This document shows, piece after piece, positions 14,234-24,541 of a stretch of DNA of 64,000 nt. Under the pieces are notes generated by a model that was given only the letters and a program-made list of their open reading frames with translations, was not told the DNA's origin and ran no database searches. Position 1 is the stretch's first letter. Every line of letters begins with the position of its first letter. A program made the translations under genes and the position numbers. This DNA is from Rotaria socialis (Eukaryota): the NCBI GenBank assembly GCA_905331295.1, contig CAJNYD010000503.1, positions 1 to 64,000 of the forward strand, in the 5' to 3' direction.

Positions 14234-14239
14234 TGGGGG

Positions 14240-14249
14240 NNNNNNNNNN
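14240..14249. other. Assembly gap (10 N) within a USP24 intron
   Basis: N run flanked by a G run and a C run. Confidence 0.95.
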
Positions 14250-16506
14250 CCCCCCCCAAGTTGCTACCCTATATACTTCAACACTCCTTTCAGATCGTGT
14301 TCCACAAAATATTACCGAACTAATAAGTAACTTGAACCTATAGCTACCTCAAATCTAATATAATGAGTGTGAGATTCGCATGTATTCTTTTCAGACATCA
14401 ATCATTTTTGTTTGCTTCTTTTGACTTGTCCTATTTTCTGCTGTCTAATTTCCAACAAAAGATAAGTAAATCTTCATTCATGCACGAGAGAAGAGTACAG
14501 ATTAAAAATCTTATTCAACTAACTTGTTGAATATTTCAAGGAGAAAAAGATATAAATAATATTGAAAAATATATACCTGCATTTTCCATATCATTTCAAT
14601 ATCTTCTTTTAACATGCTTGGTGCGATGAAATCCACGAATGTTCGAGCTTTTTCTACATATTGAATTTGATCAATATCTCCTATTCAAATAAAATAAAAG
14701 ATAAATAAAATAAAAATTTTATTTCTACCTTCTAATACTTTCGAGAGAATAGAATGTTCAATGATCCATTTACTAACAATATCACGTGGAATTGATGTAG
14801 GATTTTCAATTATTTTTGAAAGCTGCCAAAAAGAAACAATTAAAATAAATATTTCAATCATAAAATTTATTTTACTCCTTTTAATGAATTCATTTTAGCA
14901 TTAAAATCTGATAGATTAACCATTTTAAGTAATATATTTAAATGTAGTTCTTCCATTTGCGCAACGCGGTTTTCCCACACAACAGAAGATATTTTACGTA
15001 AAGTTGTAAGTAATTCAAATATTGAACTTGCTGACTAAACAGTTTACATAAAGATAATTTTATTCAGAGGAAGAAAGTAATAAAATCTAACAAACTTCTG
15101 TTTTATAATCTTCTTCTTTACAATTTTTAACGTAATTTAAAGCTTCTTCAACATGTTCACTAAATAATTGTTGATATTTGTCTATGAATAGATAATCCAT
15201 ACATTGAACAAAAGGTGAAAGCAATGCATTGTATTCCTATATTTATCAAATAATTAGCAAAGAAAATTTAGAAAGAAACGAGAGATTTGAATTCTTACAA
15301 GAGCTGTCAATGGTTTTTCACTTTTAAATTGTCTTTTTAAATTTTGTATTCCATCTTTTAAAACAAAACGGTTTATTATTTCACGCAACCAACCATATTG
15401 TTCATTTTCATTAGAATCAGAAAATGTTGACGATGATGACTTAGCCAATAAACGTTCACCCAATTGTTCATCATAATGTGAACCGTTATATGATCGGTTT
15501 TTATTTTTTTGTTGAAAAACTGAATCATGATCAAAGAGTATAGCTAAAGTTTCAAGTAATTGTGTTGGTACTGGAGAGTAAGCAAGACGAGCAGCTATCA
15601 GATCAACTAATAATTGCATCATATCAAAGATACCTAATTGAACCATAGTTGACCAAGTATTAACAGGATCAGAGCATTGTAACTAAAATATCACACTATA
15701 TAAACCAATAAAAAACAAAATCGATTTTTCATACTTTTTGAAAAGCAGCTGGAATTAATATTTCCATAAATTTTTTGCAATGCTCATCTTGATCAGCGAT
15801 TCCTAAAATTTTAAAATTACAAAAAAATTAACTAACTATTAGTTTAACCATCAACTGCAAGTCTCGTAGCAGATAAAAGGCAACGACCAAGGTTTTCTTC
15901 ACCTAAATATGCGCAAACGAAACATTTAGTCGTAAGAACATTTATTCGTATTAAATTTACGTTTAATAGGAATCGACCATTTGTCTCGATAGACGCTGTT
16001 CTCAAGATCCAGAAAAGCACTTGTTGTAAATGAAGCCGAAGTTTCCATCGGTAATTCATTCGACGATGTATTGGAAGTTTTGTCTAAGGTGATCTTTAGA
16101 GAGAAAAGAAAAGCGGTTTAAATTAAAATCGAATTCTTAATTTTACGTTTTGTTGTTGTTCTATTTGGTCTTCAGTAAGTGAACCAGTAAATATTGATGT
16201 TGGTCTTTGCTCGTTGAAAGTAACAAAGTCGTCATTAAAAAAGATTGGCCCCGTCAGAAAAGTAATAGCTTCAACAATATCATTTTCAGCTTGAGTTAAA
16301 GCCTGGCGATTTAATTCTCGATCGATAAAACCCATATTTTCTAAAATTCCCATATTTTCTTCCATATTTGGTAAATTAGTTGCTGTTGATGATGCAGTTA
16401 ATAATATAATTATAAAAAGGAAACGTTCTAAAGAAATACAACCTGAATTTAATCTCTACCGAGCAACACAATTTTTACTATCTTTATCAATGTGAGAACC
16501 ATCCGA

Positions 16507-16550
16507 AGGGTGTAGGTATCAGAGAAAAATGGCCACCTACACTCATACAC
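16507..16550. repeat. Inverted telomere-like junction (degenerate)
   Basis: agggtgtaggt...acctacactcatacac. Confidence 0.65.
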
Positions 16551-17016
16551 AAGCTCACTGACACTTATCCACACGTCATCGAGTTCATAGGAAACTCGAA
16601 TTTGCCGCAAAATTATTTTCCAGAAAAAGAAGCATCTTAGCCACAAAATATAACTTACGAGATATAATCTGGCATGAGGCTGCATAAATCTTGATGCCAC
16701 TTATACCTCGCATAAATACTGTGGAGAAAATGATTTTGCTGCAAGTTCAAATTTGTCAAATTACGGCTTCACCCAGGTTAGCATTATTGTTACAATCACA
16801 ATCCCACAGACGTGATCCTCCTCGCAAAAATATAATACTGGAGAAAGCCAAAATAATGTCACTGTCTTCATTGGTTCTTATCAAAATGTAAGTTGAAAGG
16901 AAGTCAGAGAGCTTCGTTGGTGTGGGTCGAAAGGTTTTGTTTTTGCAGAACGCCAAGCACATTTTGCCTCAATGACTGTTCCTTATTCTGCAACGAGAGA
17001 TATTGTATTAGACGTC

Positions 17017-17064
17017 GGTGCGGGACTTCTCTTGTATTAGCCACATGTCCGCACCTACACCCTC
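17017..17064. repeat. Inverted telomere-like junction (degenerate)
   Basis: ggtgcggga...ccgcacctacaccctc. Confidence 0.55.
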
Positions 17065-17912
17065 AAAGCAAGGGAAGAACTCGAATTTAGTGAACTTGCT
17101 AATACAATTTCTATGCAGAATATTAGATATTTTTTATCATACGCGACGCTGAGATTTATAAAGAAGATAAAAATGAATAACTGTGAAAAATGCAATGGAA
17201 CTACGATTCTCTAGCATTATGCACAATTTCTTTTGAATTCTACACGGAAAACTTCTCTGTTATAAACAACTAAGTTTCAGTTTACTACTATAGTAGAGCA
17301 GAACAAGATGCAAAAAGAAAACAAAAGATATGTCTCATTTAAATAATAACTCTATTTTATAGCCGACAGACTTCAACAGCTTGGCTTTTGTTGCATCAGA
17401 GAAAACAATGTTTTCTGCGGAAGTACAGAAATGCATTTGCCAACTTGGAAAAAGAAATCAACAACAACACCTTTAGAACGCAAGAAAAAAACAGGGTATT
17501 ACGAAAGGAATGATGATAGAGAAAACAATCCTCTGATGAATAAAATCTGACTAAAGAAACGCAAAAAGTCATTGTTCTGTAGTGTTTTTCGTGTGTTATA
17601 TGACGCAGTAATTATGCAATTTCTGCACATAATGTGCAATAATCATTCAAGATTACGATGGAGGTGGGGTAGATGTCGGCATAGCTGCTGCTGAATGTTA
17701 ATCTCCCTTCAACTACAATTATATCAATGAATGAAAACAAAAATCATCAATAGTCTTTATGAAAGTGAAAACACATGGTTTCATTTAAACTATGTGAGAT
17801 CAACGTTTTAGAAATTTCACACTAACATTTTCTGGTTGGAGAATGAATGAGGTATTTTTCAGCTTAAAATTTGCTTCCAATTGATCTTCAGGATAGATTG
17901 AATAGTGTCGAA

Positions 17913-17969
17913 GTGGTGTGGGCCTGAAGTGAATATCTTGAGTTCTATCCACATCCACGCCCACACCAC
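17913..17969. repeat. Inverted telomere-like junction
   Basis: gtggtgtgggc...atccacatccacgcccacaccac (perfect 11-bp outer inverted repeat). Confidence 0.85.
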
Positions 17970-18462
17970 CGACGTTCGATTGGACAATAACTGATGAAAG
18001 GAGAGTAGCATCGCTCTATAATTTATTTCTGTGGCTACACAGAAATTGATTGTACGTGAGATCAGAGAGGTTGTTACGATGCTTTTTAAAACGTGTTCTA
18101 AATTAACTTTCTGTAGTTGATCCAGAGTTGCATCCTTAATCGAGTGCACTGATCAAGTCATCGGTCTGAGAAAAACGAGTCCACATTTTCCCGCAAGTCA
18201 GTATTGTGACAGACAGCAGTGCAATAATACTTTCAGGTTGTACGAGACAAAAAATGCGTTCTAAATCGGATTTGTATGCCGAACTGAAATTAAGTTTCAA
18301 TCGATCATAGCTATTGGTGACCACATATAGATTTTTACAAACTAGACGAACCGAAAGAAGAATGTTTTGAACATTCAGATGATCGAATATGAGATGAAGA
18401 AGCTCGATCGGTAGTGTAAATTGAGATGCGTTACACATCGATGGATGGTTTTTTGCATGCAT
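17970..18462 (-). pseudogene. F-box(-LRR) gene fragment, frame-disrupted and cut off at the junction
   Basis: F-box FTLPIELLHLIFDHLNVQNILLSVRLVCKNLY; continuation split across ORFs 18136-18462 and 17859-18149, the latter running into the repeat tract. Confidence 0.7.
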
Positions 18463-18605
18463 AACTCAGTGGAGAACGAAAGAAAAAAAATCTTTATTTA
18501 CTAAATTGTCAGTATAAATTGGTGCATTCTCTTGATTGCGTAAGTACGCCAACAAGCTGTTATGACTCATACATAAACAATTTTAGACTTCTACGTCGAT
18601 TTGTT

Positions 18606-18663
18606 GAGGGTGTCTGTGTGCGTGTGGGAATTAGAAAAGAGTATCCATATCAACACCAACCCA
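18606..18663. repeat. Inverted telomere-like junction (degenerate)
   Basis: gagggtgtctgtgtgcgtgtggg...caacaccaacccaa. Confidence 0.6.
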
Positions 18664-19626
18664 ATCAATTGTCCTACTTTCTGATTGAATTCATTGGATC
18701 ATTTCTTCGAGAAAAATCGCGATGGTTTTTTTTAAATAGAATTGATAATTCGAAATTGTAATGTGTAAGGTTCCAATAGGCCAACTTGACTTAATTGATT
18801 TAATGCAGACGAATAAAAAGAAACTCTATTTACGATAATATAGAGATTCATACCTATGCAGATTTGCGTCTTATTTTATCGGCTGATGAACGCAGAAAAA
18901 ATCTTTCCGATTACTTGTTACCCTTTTTTCACAACAACATTTTAATTGTTTTCATGACTTTCTTTTCATCAGCATTAGTTTTGCATACGTTCTTAAAATT
19001 ACCGATGTTTCTCGCATTTTTTTCTTCAATCAAATACAGTTTTCGATTGATTATGATATGCGCTCCTATAGCGATACTTGTTTTAGAAAATATGAAATTT
19101 GATTTGTGAAAGTCAGATGCGAAGCAATGGAACAATAAAAATAGGATGATGATGATCCTGAAACGATTGCATTGAAGCTACGATGCATTGGAATAGATTC
19201 GTGTCACATTTCAAAGTCTGTTCAACAAACAATACAAAGTTGGTAGTTTTCGCTGAGAAAAATAAAGACACGCATGAGAGCTGATAACAATCTGAGAGTC
19301 AACTGTGATCATCAGAAATAGCTTACATCTCTGATTCAAACAACAGTTGAGAGATTAAGAGATCGTCATGTGGAGTGCGAGAGAAGAGCAGATTCTCATC
19401 CTCGTTGATAGTAGAATCAACTTCAGCTGGATCAACAGATATTTGCTACTAGGCAATACGATCGTTCTCTTCTCAATTCGAATGAGAAAGAAACAGCAGT
19501 TCATTTAAACAAAGCGGTCTAGGCCTGTTGTGTCAAGTGTTCATTGTTGATGATTGGTGGATACAAATGTCTGCACATATGAACTTTAAATAAGATGAGA
19601 AAATCGAATATTACTGAATCATAAAG

Positions 19627-20752
19627 ATGTTTAGCTTCTCCTTCGCACTTTTTCTTCGGCATGCTCCATCATCAGCTACCATATCCACTCTCGAACTCTT
19701 ACCGAACGAGATTTTGTTTGACATTCTCTCTTATCTCTCGGTCTCAGATCTTGCCTATGGTTGGTTAGATCTGAATAGTCGCTTTGACGCCATTGTGCAC
19801 AGCTGTCCTATTCGACACGTTTACAATGAACCAAAATGGTGAATGATCAACTGATGATTTTCTCAGAATTGAATAAAAACTTATATTTATTTTAGGCTAT
19901 GGCGACTGCTGCGGTGGTTTGCTTGGAGTTATCCTACTGATGTCGAACTTCTTCAATACTTTGCTTCTCAAGTTGTTTTTCTTGAAATTCATCAACATTT
20001 CACTTTATCCGATGTGAGCACAATTAATATTCTTCAGTACCCAAATCTTCGTCGATTGACTATTCGTCGAACTACTACATCTCAAGTGAATGCCATTCAA
20101 GCAAACAATTTTCCTTATCTGGAATATCTTACTCTTTCTGCAACGGAAAATATCAGCTTCAATATTCTCTGTCAGTTCAAATTACTTCGTTCGTGTGGCT
20201 TAGGATCAATTCAAATCGACGATCAAGATATTTGTTCGTCGTCATCGATTCGATCGTTGATTCTTCAAAAATGCGATCCGTCGCAATTGCTTCATTTACT
20301 GCATCATCTTCCTCAGCTGATTTATTTCAAAGTGGCTTTTTTGGACTCGGCATTCCGTTCAACCATTCGATTTTACAACTGATTTTGTCCATCAGAATCT
20401 GAGATCATTACATATTTCCATGTTCAATGATGATTTTTCGGGAGAAGCGATTGATACCGATCGATGTGCCGTTGTTACCACATTATTCGCTAGTTTATCA
20501 CTTGACCAACGTATTCGGTGTCATTTACAGCTGTTTGGCATGTCCAACTTCAATTTTGAGCAACTTCAACGGGCTCTACGCAGATTAAATTCGTGTCGCT
20601 TGTCATGTTTTCTCATCTATCACCTTCGATGGCATTCATTGCCAGATATCGATCATATTCGACAATTGTCATTATTCAATAAAATTCGACCAAGTCCTTG
20701 TAATGCTAACAACCTTCATACATACCGCTTAACATGGACGAATGTTCATTAA
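19627..20752 (+). CDS. F-box/LRR-like protein; one intron (~19839-19895) and an apparent +1 frameshift near 20370
   Basis: LELLPNEILFDILSYLSVSDLAYGWLDLNSRFDAIV; LRR-like YPNLRRLTI, FPYLEYLTL; frame changes at cgattttacaact. Confidence 0.7.
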
Positions 20753-20821
20753 AATTTTTAAAATAAAATCGATGGCGGTGACTGAATTCACACATTTGAC
20801 GTCATACAAGAGTTACGTGGC

Positions 20822-20866
20822 GGGGTGTGGGTGTGAGTGCGAATGGCCCCTTTGAAACCCACTCCC
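20822..20866. repeat. Inverted telomere-like junction
   Basis: ggggtgtgggtgtgagtg...acccactccc, 70 nt after the F-box stop. Confidence 0.8.
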
Positions 20867-21326
20867 TGTCACAGCGTTACGTTTGGACAAGCCGATATAT
20901 AGAGTATTATCTTGTTCAAAGTCTATACTGTAAGGTAAACTATTATGAAGAAATGTAACCCAATAGGCATAAAACAACAACTTTTAGAACATTGTCTATA
21001 GCAGCTACATCGTGTTTCACATTTTTAATTTAGCAAGGGATTGCGCTAACAGCTTTTGATGTATACTGGTTGCTCTTGAATTTCTCCTGTGAATAAGTAA
21101 ATAATGTTATCGGTTTGAGTTGGTAATATAAAAACTACGATAAGTTACCAGAACTCTATTGCATCTCCATTGATTAGGTGACTTGAGTGTAAATGTGTGC
21201 AGGGTAAGTTGTTTTTCATATTGTGTACTTTGATTGAGCAAAAAGTTCTGTTATGACCTTATCGTATAATACTTGAACCCTTATCCTATCTTAATATGTA
21301 AAACTTCTATACCTACTTTTTCATAC

Positions 21327-21375
21327 GAGGGTGTGATTGTGGCTGTGGGTGATCAAACAAGGAAAACTCACACCC
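21327..21375. repeat. Inverted telomere-like junction
   Basis: gagggtgtgattgtggctgtgggtg...ctcacaccc. Confidence 0.8.
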
Positions 21376-22000
21376 AAATACTTGCATCCAATGTTGAATT
21401 TATCTCTGAAAGAATTGTTATCGGTTGTAAATGTTCGTAGTCAAAGATGAATTGTTCAAGGTAGAGATAAAACTCATTTTGTTTCTGAAATATGTACAAA
21501 TAAACAACTGATTACTCTGATGAATTTTCACTTATATAGATACATTCGTTTGTGAACATGGACTCATCAAATGTTAATGTGAGTTCATCTAATTGATGTT
21601 CAATAAGATAAAATAATTTTCGAACTACTGGTTCAATTGATTCACATCAAATAAGAATAAGAAATTTAAGATTTGGAAAATTAAGAATATTATGATTAAA
21701 TAATCATTCATAAATAAGATCAGAAACAATTGAATTTGTTTCATCAAAACGAATACGTTGAATAGGAAAAAGAAAGAGATGGTGATTTCAAAATTAATAA
21801 AAATAAAGTCGAACATTTATTACAAGGTAAATCTGACGTGATTCGAAGACCAGTGTTCAGTCGATTATGATTTATAGAAATGATTGAACTCACAAGAGAA
21901 TTGAAACGACTATGTAATGATCAAAAAGACGTTAACATATCAAACCATGATAGATAAGAAAGAATATAATGAAGAATTTCATTTTGTAATGTTTCTATAC
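21376..22000 (-). pseudogene. Decayed F-box/LRR-family fragment
   Basis: Stop-riddled ...ILNFPNLKFLILI*CESIEPVVRKLFYLIEHQLDELTLTFD; upstream LHSRFNSLVSS resembles an F-box tail. Confidence 0.45.
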
Positions 22001-22045
22001 TAGTTCTGGGAATCATTTTATCTAAAGAAGAAAGTTATTTTATGC

Positions 22046-22086
22046 TGAGGGTGTGGGTGTTGTACAGATTCAACCCCACACCCTCA
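22046..22086. repeat. Inverted telomere-like junction (cleanest copy)
   Basis: tgagggtgtggg-tgttgtacagattcaac-cccacaccctca, a perfect 12-bp outer inverted repeat. Confidence 0.9.
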
Positions 22087-22109
22087 AGATATTGCTTTTC
22101 AGTCCGAGA

Positions 22110-22520
22110 TCAATACTTCGCGGCGATAGAAGATGGCTCATTTCTGCCGACGCCACCCGACGACGTTTTTATCCAACATGTAGACGAGCCAAAATTTAAA
22201 GTAAATGCTCTGCAGGAGGACGTGGCTAAACACCATGCACAACAGACACTAAATGTCATCGGTGATGCATTTACTAGTTCGTTGTTGGGATAGTCCCAAT
22301 TCGTGCTGACTGTAAAATTTGAACAAGTGTTTATAGCTAAAACACGAATTTACATCTTGACAGCACAAAAGAGAAGAGAAAAGGGGACGATTACCTGTCG
22401 TCGTTGTCGTTGTCGTCGTCGTCGTCGCTGTTGTTGTTGTTGTCGTGGCCGTTGTTGTTGTGGTAGTAACCGTTGTAACCGTAGTTGTCGTGGTAGTCGT
22501 CGATATATCTGTATAAACTT
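22110..22520 (-). CDS. 3' exons of a protein with a poly-Thr (mucin-like) stalk and a C-terminal PAN/Apple domain
   Basis: Exon ~22394-22520 is poly-Thr (ACN repeats); last exon reads NWDYPNNELVNASPMTFSVCCAWCLATSSCRAFTLNFGSSTCWIKTS...KY*. Confidence 0.7.
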
Positions 22521-22687
22521 AGCCATTTTTCTATTATTAAATATTCGTTTGCGCTTGTTCAATGACGCATGAAAACGCAGTTTGATATGAAGCAAATTGA
22601 CATGCGATTAAAAATATTTAGAAACGCTTTCGGATGCAGTTTTTCTATACAATGCGTTTAGCCGCAATCAGAAGGGAAAATTAACCT

Positions 22688-22725
22688 GGGTGTTGGTGTG
22701 TCTACAAATCAGTTCACCCACACCC
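22688..22725. repeat. Inverted telomere-like junction
   Basis: gggtgttggtgtg...cacccacaccc. Confidence 0.85.
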
Positions 22726-23059
22726 TAACTGTCCTCTGTCGTTTGGTATGTTGCATGAAAAGAGTCTCTGATTTCTAATAATCAAATTTTTATGAATATG
22801 TATGAAAAATCTATCCCTATTGTTGGTCACATTAGAATGACGGTAGTCCTAGTCAAATAGGACTAACTCCACTATAGAGAGCTCTATTGGGAAAAAAATT
22901 TGGATTTAGAGGTTCCAAACTTTGTGTTTTTGAATGTAAGCATAAATTTTGAAATAAAAATCTATCGAGTGCTTCGAATGCTTGATGCTCTCACAGACCC
23001 TTCCTTAAGCTTTTGATCTGAAGAGTGATCTGTAGGGAAAAAATTCTTTTGAGAGCATA

Positions 23060-23764
23060 AGGACCCTTCAACACTCATCAGTGTCAGAGTTGGTAATGAT
23101 GTTTGAAGATTTATTTGGTTTTCCATCAGATCCACACAATAACAGTAAAGACGATGCATTTTATGTTTTCTCTCTGCATCCTCAAGGTTTAAAAGCAATC
23201 TCATCATACCAGTCGTTGTAGTCACTGTTTGCTCGTTGAATTTAGAAACGATCACATATACACTAACAGTCATGACTGCAAAGGCACATGCTATAATTAT
23301 CGGCAGCATGAAAATGTGTATCCGGCATGGTTTCGCTTTAATCGTTGTAAGATCTTTTGCCAATCTCCTAAAATAGACAATATAATGTAAAGGTAGAAAA
23401 TTATATCTCAGAAATCCTTTGGCATGCTTAGTCAATATATAAATATAGACTTCTCTGCCAATTTTAACTCCCACTCTCCCACAATATCCTTAGTACAGAA
23501 GCCTTTTGGCACAGTTTCACTAACGTTTCAGGCGAAGATTGATGATTCATAGACGGTGTAAGTATTCGAGGTGAATGAACAAGCGAAGATAAAGGATGAT
23601 GCTTCTGCTGCTGATTTTCAACCTGTAGTTTGACCTAAACAAAAGATTTTATTTTCGAGTCGTTCTTCGGAAGATGATTGTGATGAACATTTTGATAATA
23701 TATCGATAGCTGTACATACCTGGGATATATGCTCAAATAGTGTGCTGTTTGGGGAATGAAGCAT
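23060..23764 (-). pseudogene. 5' exons of a type II membrane protein (TM helix followed by a Thr run), disrupted
   Basis: ATG 23764 with a GT donor at 23719; TM segment IFMLPIIIACAFAVMTVSVYVIV followed by TVTTTT and a GT donor; no clean downstream continuation. Confidence 0.4.
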
Positions 23765-24541
23765 GTGTACAAGTTAAAGAATATGTATTGAAAATATTCT
23801 GAGCTTTTACACTACTTGATAAACAAACAGATTCAATAATATTTGAGTTTTCTGCCTTCTTAGTTATTCTTCTTCGTCGTATGGCTATCGTGTGACCTGT
23901 CGAGAGACCTGGAGACCAAATCTATAACTTGTTGTGCACATTTCTGGTTTATATCATATAAATTTAGAAAACTTTCATTTTGTTTTTGTCAAATCAAAAA
24001 CTTACTTCTTATTTAGAAAAGAGAAAACATCATAAAGTAAATAAAGTTAATTTCATATCATATACATTGAAAACAATTTTTTTATTGAGTTAGTTTTATG
24101 TGACATTTATCATACTTTGACATATTTGTTTCCTATTTTACTTTTAAAATGATTGTTCTGTGAGACTCATTATTGTTCAAATAGTAGCATGAGCTAATCA
24201 ATATTAATTATTATGAGATTGAATCTTCGTGATTTATATCCTATTACTTATCGTTTTATTTTTAATAAGAAAATGAAAAAGAAATATTTATACAAACTAA
24301 TCCTATTTAAGGATATTTACAGCTGCTATTTGAAAAGAAAATATCCAATTAAATTCGATAAAAATTAAAACAGATCATTTGTTTTCTCTATCAATTATAT
24401 CGATTATATTTATTAATGAAAAATAAGCAGTACAAGATCAAAACAAAATAACAAGAAAAGGAAAATACAATAATAAGGAAACAAAAATCTGACCAGTTAA
24501 TTGTCCATGAGTTAAATGAATCACCTGTATTATTTTGTACA

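Larger units (their letters stand above)
10970..16365 (-). pseudogene. USP24: USP24-like deubiquitinase, N-terminal part only (UBA domain plus helical region, many exons); catalytic USP domain absent
   Basis: UBA-like LENMGFIDRELNRQAL; DLENSVYRDKWSIPIKR/EENLGRCLLSATRLAVDG/IADQDEHCKKFM; IEMIWKMQ/HGRSLATVDHLLSLIASAATKFNLEQLN. Exons continue in order across the N gap; none found after 10970. Confidence 0.8.

Noticed and set aside
14235..14257. G run / N gap / C run as another telomeric junction
   Set aside because: These are homopolymers, not TGTGGG repeats, and USP24 exons continue in order across the gap.
16560..17010. Possible decayed coding fragment between the junctions at 16507 and 17017
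   Set aside because: It looks coding-like, but I could not recognise a family in any frame.
22303..22595. Arg/Cys-rich and Gln/Arg-rich ORFs
   Set aside because: They are alternative frames of the poly-Thr exon.
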